A DNA stretch of 22,669 nucleotides, from positions 1-22,669 of the forward strand of contig JBCBJQ010000096.1 in the NCBI GenBank assembly GCA_038523235.1, read 5' to 3'. How positions within the stretch are numbered: position 1 is the first letter of the stretch; every line of letters begins with the position of its first letter. Source of the DNA: Cyanobacteria bacterium J06626_4. GTDB taxonomy: Bacteria; Cyanobacteriota; Cyanobacteriia; Phormidesmidales; Phormidesmidaceae. This document shows, in pieces, positions 1 to 8,483 of this stretch. A program made the translations under genes and the position numbers. Below the pieces are notes generated by a model that was not told where the DNA came from, made no database searches, and saw nothing but the letters and a program-made list of their open reading frames with translations.

Positions 1-285
1 CCGGATTTTTGAGGATGAAATAGAGCTTTTCAGCCCAAAACCATTTGAATACACCGGTGAGACTACATTAAAACTTTTAAGAAATTGTTGCGATCATCCT
101 GAAGGCAGGATCTGAACTCGCTTGTTGAAACCTTGAATTAATCGTCCAAGACTGACAGTGATCTTGAATAACTCAACGGTGAGTCACATTTTTTAGTGGT
201 CGGTTCTGTGATAACTCATCTGAGCAGTGGTTAGAAAAGAACACAGATTCTCTTTAGGATTGCCTCGGACGTTTTTTAAGGCCTT

Positions 286-1359
286 TTAATCGGGCGTTTC
301 TGCAATGTCTGCAGCGGTTTGACCTTCCGTCTGAGAGCCAAAGCGCCAGAGCACGGCGGCAGCCTCAGCCCGAGTCACGGCCTTGTCTGGGCGAAACAGC
401 GTGGTGTAGCCAAAGGCACGCCGGAAGTTAGCAAAATCGCCCAGTTGAAAGTCCGCCGCGATCGCCCTTAACGGTAGGGGATCAATGGTGGCGGTGTCCT
501 GAAATCCCCAAGCGGTGGTCACTGCTTCAGGCGTGGTAGTGGGCAGGGCGGCGCGACTATCTAGGGGCACCTTCCACAAAATCAAGTCTTCGCGGACCAA
601 TGGTGCATCGGGGCGAAAGTTCACGGCGGTACTGTTGCCGGTAAACGCACTGGGGATCAGGCCCGCCTCCGCTAGTCCTTGAATGGCGGCAAAGTTGGGA
701 TCAGTCGCCGCCACATCCTGAAAGGCCGGTTCGTCACGGGGATTGCCGGCCCGGAGGCGATCACCGGGATCATCTGCGTAGATGGCGTTATGGCTGTCAA
801 ACAACCACTGGGCATATTCGCGCCGAGTAATTGAAATGGTGAAAGGAGACGCCGTCGTCGCTTCAGGGCGATCTTCCGCCGACCCCGTCGCCACCGGCTC
901 GATGACGTCTAACGTTTGCAGATCCCGGATGTACGACTGCAAATCTGCCGGAACGCCGGTCAGGTCACTGGTGGCTTGAGCCGTTGATCCCTCCTCAGCA
1001 GCGAGATCAGAACCATTCTGAGGTGCTGTGGAGTCAGCGGGCTCAGCCTGCGACCACAACGGCCCAATAAAGCCGCGTTCACCGGGCTCAAGCGCGGTCG
1101 TATTGGCTGGGGCTTCGGCAGCCTCACCGGTGGCCGCTGGGGGCGTGGGCTCGGACGTTTCAGTCGCCGCAGTTTCATCGTCTTCTGCCACCGGCTCATC
1201 GGCAGAATTAGCGCTCAGGGGCGGCGATTCCTCAAGCTGGGGATCGGCTTCGAGGGATTGCTGCACGCTATCGCCCACCGGGCTTCCGGCGCAGCTGATG
1301 AGCCAGCTGCAGGTGAGGGCGCCCGCGATCGCCCGGAGTGCTGTTCTACTGTTCTTCAT
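286..1359 (-). CDS. S-layer homology (SLH) domain-containing putative lipoprotein
   Basis: Basic N-terminus, hydrophobic stretch and lipobox-like WLIS-C. An acidic Ala/Pro/Glu-rich linker follows, then SLH-type motifs (ITRREYAQWL, FQDVAATDPNFAAIQGLAEAGLI, FRPDAPLVREDL, FRPDKAVTRAEAAAVLWR). ATG at 1359 preferred over TTG at 1380. Confidence 0.85.
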   Translation of the reverse strand: MKNSRTALRAIAGALTCSWLISCAGSPVGDSVQQSLEADPQLEESPPLSANSADEPVAEDDETAATETSEPTPPAATGEAAEAPANTTALEPGERGFIGPLWSQAEPADSTAPQNGSDLAAEEGSTAQATSDLTGVPADLQSYIRDLQTLDVIEPVATGSAEDRPEATTASPFTISITRREYAQWLFDSHNAIYADDPGDRLRAGNPRDEPAFQDVAATDPNFAAIQGLAEAGLIPSAFTGNSTAVNFRPDAPLVREDLILWKVPLDSRAALPTTTPEAVTTAWGFQDTATIDPLPLRAIAADFQLGDFANFRRAFGYTTLFRPDKAVTRAEAAAVLWRFGSQTEGQTAADIAETPD

Positions 1360-1503
1360 ACCCTTCGCCAATTCCGTCAACGGGGTAGGAGCGCTGCCTG
1401 CCCATCAAGTCGGTATGCTAGCACCGTAGGCCTAGCTCTGACGCTAGCGCAGGATTTGTTCCCTTGGGGGCTGCCTGCTCGCCCTTTTCTGGACTTGAAG
1501 GCG

Positions 1504-2436
1504 ATGACCCCGCTCCCCATCATTATCGACTGTGACCCTGGTGTAGATGACGCCATCGCCCTCCTACTGGCCCTGCGCTCACCAGAGCTCGCCGTACAGG
1601 CCATCACCGTCGTGGCCGGCAACGTGCCGCTGGCCCTGACCCAACGGAATGCCCGCCAGATTTGTGAACTGCTGGGTCGCGACGATATCCCGATCTTCGC
1701 TGGCTGTCCGCGCCCGCTGGTGCGATCGTTGGTCACGGCTGAAGACATCCACGGTAAGACGGGGTTAGAGGGGGCGACGCTACCCGACCCGACCCTGCCA
1801 CTGGCCTCGGGCCATGCGGTTAGCTATCTGATTGAGGCTTTGCAGTCAGCACCGGTGCCGCTGACGCTGGCGACCTTGGGGCCGTTGACCAATATTGCCG
1901 TCGCGCTAATTCAAGCGCCCGCGATCGCCGCCAAAATTGAGCGCATTGTCATGATGGGGGGCGGTATTACCCAGGGCAATATCACCCCCGTCGCCGAGTT
2001 CAATATCTATGTCGATCCCCACGCGGCCCAGGTCGTGTTTGCGGCGGGGATGCCCATCACGTTTTTGAGTTTAGATATTACGCATCAGGTGTTGACGACG
2101 CCTGACCGGTTAGCGGCGATTCACGCGGTGGGCAATTCGGTCAGTGACTTCGCGACTGCCGTGCTGAGCCACTATGGCAAAGCGGACGAAGCCCTGTTGG
2201 GCACGGTCGGCGCGCCCCTCCATGATCCCTGTGTCATCGCTTATCTGCTCCGTCCAGATCTGTTCACCACCGAACCGGGACAGGTGCAGGTTGAACTCAA
2301 CAGTCCGCTAACGCTGGGTCAAACCGTGGTCAGTGCCGCGAGTCCTGACCGGCTGCCCGTAGACATTGTGCGCAGCGTTAACGCTGCTGGAGTTTATGAA
2401 CTGCTGACAAATCGCCTAGGGCACGTCGTCAATTGA
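1504..2436 (+). CDS. Nucleoside hydrolase (inosine/uridine-preferring family)
   Basis: N-terminal DCDPGVDD Ca2+-binding motif, plus GPLTN, AEFNIYVDP and PLHDP motifs. The real start is most likely ATG 1504 (MTPLPIIID); the ORF extension to 1258 overlaps the divergent SLH gene. Confidence 0.93.
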   Translation: MTPLPIIIDCDPGVDDAIALLLALRSPELAVQAITVVAGNVPLALTQRNARQICELLGRDDIPIFAGCPRPLVRSLVTAEDIHGKTGLEGATLPDPTLPLASGHAVSYLIEALQSAPVPLTLATLGPLTNIAVALIQAPAIAAKIERIVMMGGGITQGNITPVAEFNIYVDPHAAQVVFAAGMPITFLSLDITHQVLTTPDRLAAIHAVGNSVSDFATAVLSHYGKADEALLGTVGAPLHDPCVIAYLLRPDLFTTEPGQVQVELNSPLTLGQTVVSAASPDRLPVDIVRSVNAAGVYELLTNRLGHVVN

Positions 2437-2614
2437 TGCTCCTAGGGGATGAGGCGAGGTGCGCGCTCACGCCTTTGACTCGGGGCCGTCAACCCGCTTT
2501 TGCTCGCCATACACCAGTCACATCAGGATGATAGCCCTGATAAGATCCAGAATCTTCTTAAGTCTGAGGGCGAGTGGGGTTGATAAGATTGAAGCAAATT
2601 CATATTCAGTGCCC

Positions 2615-3199
2615 ATGAGCTACACCACTGAAGAGCTGATTGACTTTCTCGATCAAGAGTTACGGGCGGCCTGGCGCGGCGAGCGGGTTGTTTTATCGTC
2701 GAGTCAACGGCTCGACCCCGTCATTGCAAAGGCGATCGGCACTGAAAAGCTCAGCAAAGTCTTTGCGGTGCAAGATTTTCGCGACCAGATTCACCAGTAT
2801 CAGCGCGAACATCTGGTATCCGGGTTGGTGTGGCATACCTGTCGCTTTCAAGGGCGATCGCACCGGTTTCCGGAGCTGCATCCGCAGCTGATTGCCACCG
2901 CGCAAGATAAGGCTGTCCTGACGGCGGCTAAAGCCGAGGTGATTGCGTTTTGGCGATCGTCGATCGCCAATTTGCGGCTCTGGCATTCCGGCGCGCCGCC
3001 CCTGCCGCTAGAGCTGACTACCATCGACCGTTGGATTGCTGAAGTCGAATGGGCCGAGGTTGATGCCACGCGCTCAGAGCTTTATTTGCGCCTCTGTTGG
3101 GGAGACCCCAAGGTGTGTCATTACGATTGGGCGCGGCCAGACTCGGGGTGTGAACGAATCATTGCGGCGATCGCTGAGCCCAGCTCAATCAAGGTATGA
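2615..3199 (+). CDS. Hypothetical protein (194 aa), probably conserved in cyanobacteria
   Basis: Globular-looking sequence from ATG 2615 (MSYTTEELIDFLDQELRA). It contains two HIP1 sites and is followed by a hairpin. No recognised motif. Confidence 0.75.
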   Translation: MSYTTEELIDFLDQELRAAWRGERVVLSSSQRLDPVIAKAIGTEKLSKVFAVQDFRDQIHQYQREHLVSGLVWHTCRFQGRSHRFPELHPQLIATAQDKAVLTAAKAEVIAFWRSSIANLRLWHSGAPPLPLELTTIDRWIAEVEWAEVDATRSELYLRLCWGDPKVCHYDWARPDSGCERIIAAIAEPSSIKV

Positions 3200-3218
3200 T
3201 CCGAAGGCTGAAATACTT

Positions 3219-3238
3219 CAGTCCTTGACTAGGGACTG
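3219..3238 (+). terminator. Possible stem-loop/terminator after the hypothetical gene
   Basis: CAGTCCTT-GACT-AGGGACTG, an 8-bp stem with one G-U pair, 20 nt after the stop codon. The U-tail is weak (TCATCCTTT). Confidence 0.35.
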
Positions 3239-3402
3239 TCATCCTTTAGCTGCTAGGTTCTCTCTGTCAAGGCGTTCCAGCCCCTAGCGAGTGCCGTTGA
3301 TGCGGGCGCAGTCGTGCGGGAGCCTTAAGACTTCTGAGCTTAATTGATGATGCGCCTGAGGGACTATTGACTTGATTACCGTTTTGGTGGACAGATAGGT
3401 CT

Positions 3403-3747
3403 ATGCCGTTTGCTGTTGGTGTGATCGAAACTTACGGATTTCCAGCCATGTTGGCCGTGGCCGATGCCATGGTCAAGGCAGGGCGAGTCACAATTGTGAA
3501 ATACGAACAAGCCGATAGTGGACGCCAGTTTGTTTGTATCCGAGGTCCCGTGTCTGAAGTCAATCGCGCCGTAGAAGCGGGACTGATCGTCGGTAGCGAT
3601 TTGCCCAATGAGGGGTGCGTCACGACCCACTACATTGTGCCTAACCCCCCGGAAAATCTGGAGACGGTCTTGCCAATTGACTTCACTGAAGCGTCTGAAG
3701 AGTTTTGGATTGAAGAAATCCGGGGGAATCGTATGCCCGGGTTTTAG
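3403..3747 (+). CDS. ccmK3: Carboxysome shell hexamer protein CcmK3 (BMC-H)
   Basis: BMC domain AVGVIETYGFPAMLAVADAMVKAGRV; CcmK3-type IRGPVSEV and HYIVPNPPENL segments; lies upstream of ccmK4. Confidence 0.9.
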   Translation: MPFAVGVIETYGFPAMLAVADAMVKAGRVTIVKYEQADSGRQFVCIRGPVSEVNRAVEAGLIVGSDLPNEGCVTTHYIVPNPPENLETVLPIDFTEASEEFWIEEIRGNRMPGF

Positions 3748-3963
3748 GGCGCGTCATCAATTAAATCCAGAACGCTTTGACGATAGACATGACCGCGCCC
3801 GCACCCAATTAACTAGCTAGGGGCTAATCGCTTTGCAGTGAAAGGATTCAGCCGCTAAATGATGACAGCCCCTAATTCTGTAACCGAACTTTGACAAAGG
3901 TAAAGAATGCATCCGTGCGGGAAAAAGCCTCCCTCGCGATCGCGCTAGAGTTCACGAGCCTCG

Positions 3964-4000
3964 TACAATGATTTTTAAGTACAGGCTTAATTTTTAGGAG
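3964..4000 (+). promoter_or_regulatory. Candidate -10 element (TACAAT, 3964-3969) and Shine-Dalgarno (AGGAG, 3996-4000) of ccmK4
   Basis: Near-consensus -10 hexamer followed by an AT-rich leader. AGGAG lies 7 nt before ATG 4008. No recognisable -35. Confidence 0.5.
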
Positions 4001-4007
4001 AAAGGCA

Positions 4008-4355
4008 ATGCCTCAGGCAGTTGGCTCGCTGGAGACAAAAGGCTTTCCGCCTGTTTTGGCGGCAGCAGATGCAATGGTTAAAGCAGGGCGAGTAACCTTG
4101 GTGAACTACATTCGAGCTGGCAGTGCTCGGTTTTGCATCAACATTCGCGGTGATATTTCTGAGGTGAAAGCCGCGATGGCCGCGGGTGTGGCCGCCGCCG
4201 AAAATTCCCCTGGCGGCGTTTTAGAGACGTGGGTCATCATTCCCCGTCCCCATGAAAACGTGGTTGCCGTTCTGCCTATCGAGTTTGGTGAGGATGTGAT
4301 GAGATTCCGTGAGGCCGTAGAACAGCCGATTTTGCCGGGTAGTAACGGTCGATAA
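4008..4355 (+). CDS. ccmK4: Carboxysome shell hexamer protein CcmK4 (BMC-H)
   Basis: BMC domain with the CcmK4-type YIRAGSARF pore segment and WVIIPRPHENVVAVLPI; strong RBS. Confidence 0.93.
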   Translation: MPQAVGSLETKGFPPVLAAADAMVKAGRVTLVNYIRAGSARFCINIRGDISEVKAAMAAGVAAAENSPGGVLETWVIIPRPHENVVAVLPIEFGEDVMRFREAVEQPILPGSNGR

Positions 4356-4495
4356 CGCCGCCGCCTTGATCTGAATTTAACCCTGAGCCCCCTTTTTATT
4401 TGTGCCAAGCCACAACTGGGGTAGCTTGTGATGACGCTTACCGAGCGCTCTTCTCAAACTGGCTGTAAGCACCTAGCTGCCGCGCATTGGCACTG

Positions 4496-4539
4496 ATCAA
4501 AGCAGCGCAAGCCCATCAATGGACTTGCGCTGCTTTGAT
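4496..4539. terminator. Long hairpin between convergent genes, probable terminator/3'-end stabiliser
   Basis: Perfect 16-bp inverted repeat ATCAAAGCAGCGCAAG (4496-4511) / CTTGCGCTGCTTTGAT (4524-4539), with inner CCA/TGG pairs and a 4-nt loop. The single C/A mismatch becomes a G-U pair on the minus strand. Confidence 0.75.
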
Positions 4540-4584
4540 TCAGTCAATTGAGACTGGCTCAAATGGGATCAGCGTCACAGCCGT

Positions 4585-5178
4585 CTAAGCGCGAACGACG
4601 ATCGCGCTGGGCTCATAGACATAGATGGCATAGCTCGCATCGCCAACCAAGATGACAATCTCGTCACCTCGTTGCGATAACCGTGAGCCCAGCGACAGCG
4701 CCGTCTTCGGATCACTCTCTTGGCGATAAAGGCTAAAAAGTCTTTGACCATTGGCAAGACCACGAACCATATCGGGCAGATCAGGCACCTTGAGCGAACA
4801 GGTGTTGTAGCCTGACTGATCGGCGCTCACAATCCAGCTGTTGGCAGGGCCAAAAGAAGGCGGCAAATTGCGAGCCTTAGAGCCTCGATTGGTGGCTAAA
4901 ACGGCATCTGATTCATGTACCCAAATGGCATAGCCCCGTTTGTTTGGGGTCATGACCGTTTGCTCGCCATTGGCCGAGAGCTTGCGCAAAAGGTTCAGCG
5001 TTTTAGCCGAATCTTGTAAAGACCGAAAAAAGCTGTAAAAGTTGCCGTCCAAGGCGATCGCCGGGAGCCGCTGCGGCTCGTCCGGTAAAGAAATGTGGCA
5101 AGTCGTGTAGTCGTCACGCTGGGCTAACAACTTAGTTGATTGTGGCAGTTGTTTGCTGTCGGCAGCAGTCAAAGTCAT
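4585..5178 (-). CDS. Hypothetical protein (197 aa) made of two tandem homologous domains
   Basis: ATG 5178 (MTLTAADS). Internal duplication: YTTCHISLPD...FYSFFR...GYAIWVHESDA versus YNTCSLKVPD...LFSLYR...SYAIYVYEPSA. The ORF extension to 5385 runs through promoter-like DNA. Confidence 0.8.
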   Translation of the reverse strand: MTLTAADSKQLPQSTKLLAQRDDYTTCHISLPDEPQRLPAIALDGNFYSFFRSLQDSAKTLNLLRKLSANGEQTVMTPNKRGYAIWVHESDAVLATNRGSKARNLPPSFGPANSWIVSADQSGYNTCSLKVPDLPDMVRGLANGQRLFSLYRQESDPKTALSLGSRLSQRGDEIVILVGDASYAIYVYEPSAIVVRA

Positions 5179-5300
5179 ATTAGGTGAGGTTAGCAAGGCC
5201 ACTATTATTGTGAGGAAAAACGACATTAGGCGTAGTGGGACCAACAGCTTAAGGAACAACGTCCCCAATTGCTGCCCAACGGCTTTCTTAGGATGCCCGG

Positions 5301-5318
5301 TTTGTAACAATTGGTAAC
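5301..5318 (-). promoter_or_regulatory. HLR1-like direct repeat (putative RpaB binding site)
   Basis: The minus strand reads GTTACCAA-TT-GTTACAAA. The HLR1 consensus is (G/T)TTACA(T/A)(T/A)-N2-(G/T)TTACA(T/A)(T/A), so there is one mismatch in 16 positions. Confidence 0.6.
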
Positions 5319-5717
5319 ATTTTTCCTGGCGCTGCATGTCGCTGTTTTGCGGTGACGGGTCATGCTTGCCATCATTTCCCGGCACGGCATTCCGGCCCCA
5401 CGCACGCTGGTGACGGGCAAGACTGTGGTGAGGGCGCTATCAGCCTTGTGACGGCTGGTGCTACCGAACGTCTCCAACCAGTCTGACGTACTTCCTCCCT
5501 ACCGCCCATCAGGATAGATAGAAAAGCGGGTGAGCCCTGGGCAGAACCGATGGGGCCAGCGCTACCAGGGAGTCCCGGTAATCTGCCCTTGCGCTCAAGA
5601 ATTCCTGATAATGTGAAAGGCGGCAGTCGTCATCTCCTCAGGCTTTTTCCCTAAAGGGATTGACGAGTGCAACTGACCCGAGTTGCCCAGCGCCTGGTAG
5701 AACCAGGAAATAGAGTC

Positions 5718-7760
5718 ATGCAAACGGCGGAACGCCCAGAATTGCCCACGGTTTATCCGCTCACTGCGGTTGTTGATCAAGCTGCAATTAAGCTGGCGTT
5801 GCTGCTTGCGGCTGTTGATCCGGGCGTCGGCGGGGTGGTCATCGCTGGGCGACGCGGCACGGCAAAATCAGTCATGGCCAGGGCGATTCACCAGTTACTG
5901 CCGCCGATTGAAGTCGTTACCGGCTCCTGCTGCAATGCTGACCCGACCAATCCCCAGCTTTGGGATGATGAGACCCTGGCGCGCTTTGGGTCAGAGCCGC
6001 CGGATTTGATGGTGCTGCCGACTCAGGTCAAGCCCGCACCGTTTGTCCAAATTCCGCTGGGGGTGACTGAAGATCGGCTGATCGGTGCCGTCGATGTGGC
6101 CAAATCAGTGCAAGCAGGCTCTACAGTGTTTCAACCGGGGCTGCTGGCCGAGGCGAACCGAGGTGTCCTTTACATTGACGAGATCAATCTGCTGGAAGAT
6201 CAAACCAGCAACCTGTTGCTGTCAGCCCTCACTGAGCAACGCAATCAAATTGAGCGCGAAGGGATCAGTTTTCAGCATCCCTGTGCGCCGCTGCTGATCG
6301 CCACCTACAACCCTGACGAAGGGCCTCTACGCGATCATCTGCTCGATCGCATTGCGATCGCCCTGTCTGCTGACCAAGTCCTCACTTTAGAAAGTCGCGT
6401 GGCGGTTGTTGAGCAAGCCACGCGATTTGCGAACGAGCCGCAGGCGTTTTTGGCTGACTATGCCGATGAGCTGGATGATCTCAAGACGCAAATTATTCTG
6501 GCGCGAGAATGGCTGAAGGACGTCACCATCACTCGTGAGCAGGTGCAGTATTTAGTCACCGAAGCGCTGCGAGGCGGGGTGCAGGGGCATCGTGCCGAGT
6601 TGTTTGCGGTGCGGGTGGCTAAGGCCCATGCTGCCCTGGATGGCCGGGCGACCGTGAGTGCCGACGATTTACGGGTGGCCGTAGAGCTGGTGATTTTGCC
6701 TCGCTCGGTGCCCCTGCCGCCGCCCGACGATGAACAAGCACCGCCGCCACCACCGCCGCAAAATCAAGAGCCTGAAGAACCCACCGATGAGTCCGAAGAT
6801 GACCAAGATGAGGACTCGGAGGATGAAAATGACGATGATCAGCCCGATGAGCCGCCTCCCAGTGTGCCTGAGGAGTTTGTCTTTGATCCAGAAGGAATTG
6901 TACTCGATCCGTCCTTGCTGCTGTTTGCTCAATCGCTGACTCAGCAGGGTAAATCGGGCAGCCAGAGCACGGTGATTTCGGAAGACCGGGGCCGCTATAT
7001 TAAGCCCATGCTGCCCCAAGGGCCGGTACGCCGCATTGCCGTGGATGCGACGCTGCGGGCTTCCGCCCCCTATCAAAAAGCACGGCGAGCGCGGCAGCCC
7101 CACCGCAAAGTCATTGTTGAGCAAAGCGATATCCGAGCCAAAAAGCTGGCACGCAAAGCGGGCTCCCTCATTGTGTTTGTCGTCGATGCGTCGGGGTCGA
7201 TGGCCCTAAATCGGATGCAGTCGGCTAAAGGGGCGGTGATGCAGCTATTGAATGACGCCTACCAAAATCGCGACGAGGTGGCGCTGATTCCCTTTCGGGG
7301 GGAGCAGGCGGAGGTGTTGCTGCCGCCGACGCGCTCGATTTCGATGGCGCGGCGGCGCTTAGAGCGCATGCCCTGCGGCGGTGGCTCGCCCCTAGCCCAT
7401 GGCCTGACACAGGCGGTGCGCGTGGGCACCAATGCCCAACAGTCGGGCGACATTGGCAATGTAGTGATCGTGGCGATTACTGACGGACGCGGCAACATTC
7501 CCCTGGCGCGATCGCTGGGCGAAACCCTGGAGGGTGAAGAGAAACCGGATATTAAGCAAGAACTGCTGGACATTGCCAGCCGCATTCGCGCCACCGGTTT
7601 TCAACTGCTGGTGATTGATACAGAACGTAAATTTGTCTCGACCGGTTTTGGTAAAGAACTCGCCAAGACCGCCGGGGGGAAATACTATCAGTTACCAAAG
7701 GCCACCGACCAGGCGATCGCTTCGATGGCCCGGAATGCCATTGCGGATCTCAAATCCTAG
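5718..7760 (+). CDS. chlD: Magnesium chelatase subunit ChlD
   Basis: N-terminal AAA+-like domain ([17 protein letters not shown]), polyproline plus acidic linker, and C-terminal integrin-I/VWA domain with MIDAS DASGS. ATG 5718 is preceded by AGGA. Confidence 0.97.
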   Translation: MQTAERPELPTVYPLTAVVDQAAIKLALLLAAVDPGVGGVVIAGRRGTAKSVMARAIHQLLPPIEVVTGSCCNADPTNPQLWDDETLARFGSEPPDLMVLPTQVKPAPFVQIPLGVTEDRLIGAVDVAKSVQAGSTVFQPGLLAEANRGVLYIDEINLLEDQTSNLLLSALTEQRNQIEREGISFQHPCAPLLIATYNPDEGPLRDHLLDRIAIALSADQVLTLESRVAVVEQATRFANEPQAFLADYADELDDLKTQIILAREWLKDVTITREQVQYLVTEALRGGVQGHRAELFAVRVAKAHAALDGRATVSADDLRVAVELVILPRSVPLPPPDDEQAPPPPPPQNQEPEEPTDESEDDQDEDSEDENDDDQPDEPPPSVPEEFVFDPEGIVLDPSLLLFAQSLTQQGKSGSQSTVISEDRGRYIKPMLPQGPVRRIAVDATLRASAPYQKARRARQPHRKVIVEQSDIRAKKLARKAGSLIVFVVDASGSMALNRMQSAKGAVMQLLNDAYQNRDEVALIPFRGEQAEVLLPPTRSISMARRRLERMPCGGGSPLAHGLTQAVRVGTNAQQSGDIGNVVIVAITDGRGNIPLARSLGETLEGEEKPDIKQELLDIASRIRATGFQLLVIDTERKFVSTGFGKELAKTAGGKYYQLPKATDQAIASMARNAIADLKS

Positions 7761-7766
7761 AGTTTC

Positions 7767-8483
7767 ATGACCTCTAACGTGCGTCGAGTGTTGACGGCGG
7801 CGCTCCAATCGGCCTACCGCGATGGAGAGCGGAACTTTCGGCAGGTGCAGATTACCGGTGTGATCGCGGGGCTGGATCTCACCCCGGTTGATTTCACCGA
7901 CGCGCACTTGCAGAACGTGACGTTTGAGGATGCCACGCTGTAGCAGATCAACTTCGAAGGCGTCGTGTTTGAGACTGTCACCTTTCGACGAGGTATGCTG
8001 ATGGCGGGCAATTTTGCCAACGCCTGCTGTCAGGCCCTCCAGTTTGAGTCGTCAGCCATTCGCGCTGCTAATTTTGGCGGACTGACCCTCAAAGGGAATG
8101 ATTTGCAGTGGCAGCATGTCACTCTCGACGAGGCGAGTTTTGTCACGACTTGGCATGTTCTGCAGAGAGAATAAACACGACTTGGTCAGTTACGAGCAGA
8201 GAAAATCTTGCAAGCCCTTCAACTACTGGGTTTTCAAGGGCGAGAGACGGATCTCAGCAAAGCCGATTTGCGTAATGCCAATTGAGAACAGGCTGCGTTC
8301 AGCGGTGCCATCATGATTGGTGCTCAGCTGCAGAATGCCAATCTAACCGATGCTGATCTCACGGGTGCGAACTTAACGAATGCCAATTTGAGCGGTGCCA
8401 CGATCACGGGCTGGAACGACAGTGACGTGATTTATTGCAATACGCAAATGCCCGATAGCACCCTTAATCAAGCTAATTGTTGA
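7767..8483 (+). pseudogene. Pentapeptide-repeat protein pseudogene
   Basis: One frame from ATG 7767 (MTSNVRR...AYRDGERNFRQ) to TGA 8481-8483 (...ANLTD ADLTG ANLTN ANLSG...NTQMPDST). It is interrupted by in-frame TAG 7941, TAA 8172 and TGA 8283, and by a non-repeat insert at ~8145-8243. Confidence 0.88.
8145..8243. mobile_element. Putative ~99-bp insertion (IS-end/MITE-like remnant) inside the pseudogene
   Basis: Removing it restores the pentapeptide register (ASFVE-TDLSK-ADLRN). It contains CACGACTTGG twice (8144-8153, 8176-8185), each followed by GCAGAGA(G/A)AAT, plus an imperfect inverted repeat at 8215-8240. Mobile origin is inferred; no transposase and no clear target-site duplication. 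Confidence 0.45.

Noticed and set aside
1258..1503. Long N-terminal ORF extensions (also 2459-2614, 5179-5385, 5667-5717, 12483-12539)
   Set aside because: They overlap divergent genes or promoter-like DNA and precede the recognisable domain start, so they are longest-ORF artefacts.
5303..5319. NtcA site reading of TGTAACAATTGGTAACA
   Set aside because: It gives GTA-N8-TAA rather than GTA-N8-TAC. The 10-bp direct-repeat (HLR1) reading fits better.
6713..6860. Polyproline and acidic low-complexity tract
   Set aside because: This is the normal ChlD/BchD linker.
8144..8205. Mini-CRISPR-like direct repeats (CACGACTTGG)
   Set aside because: Only two 10-bp copies, the intervening sequences are related rather than unique, and there are no cas genes.
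7767..8483. Stop-codon read-through or recoding of the pentapeptide frame
   Set aside because: Three different stop codons occur, one inside a foreign insert, and all three stop types terminate normal genes in this window. Pseudogenisation is the simpler explanation.
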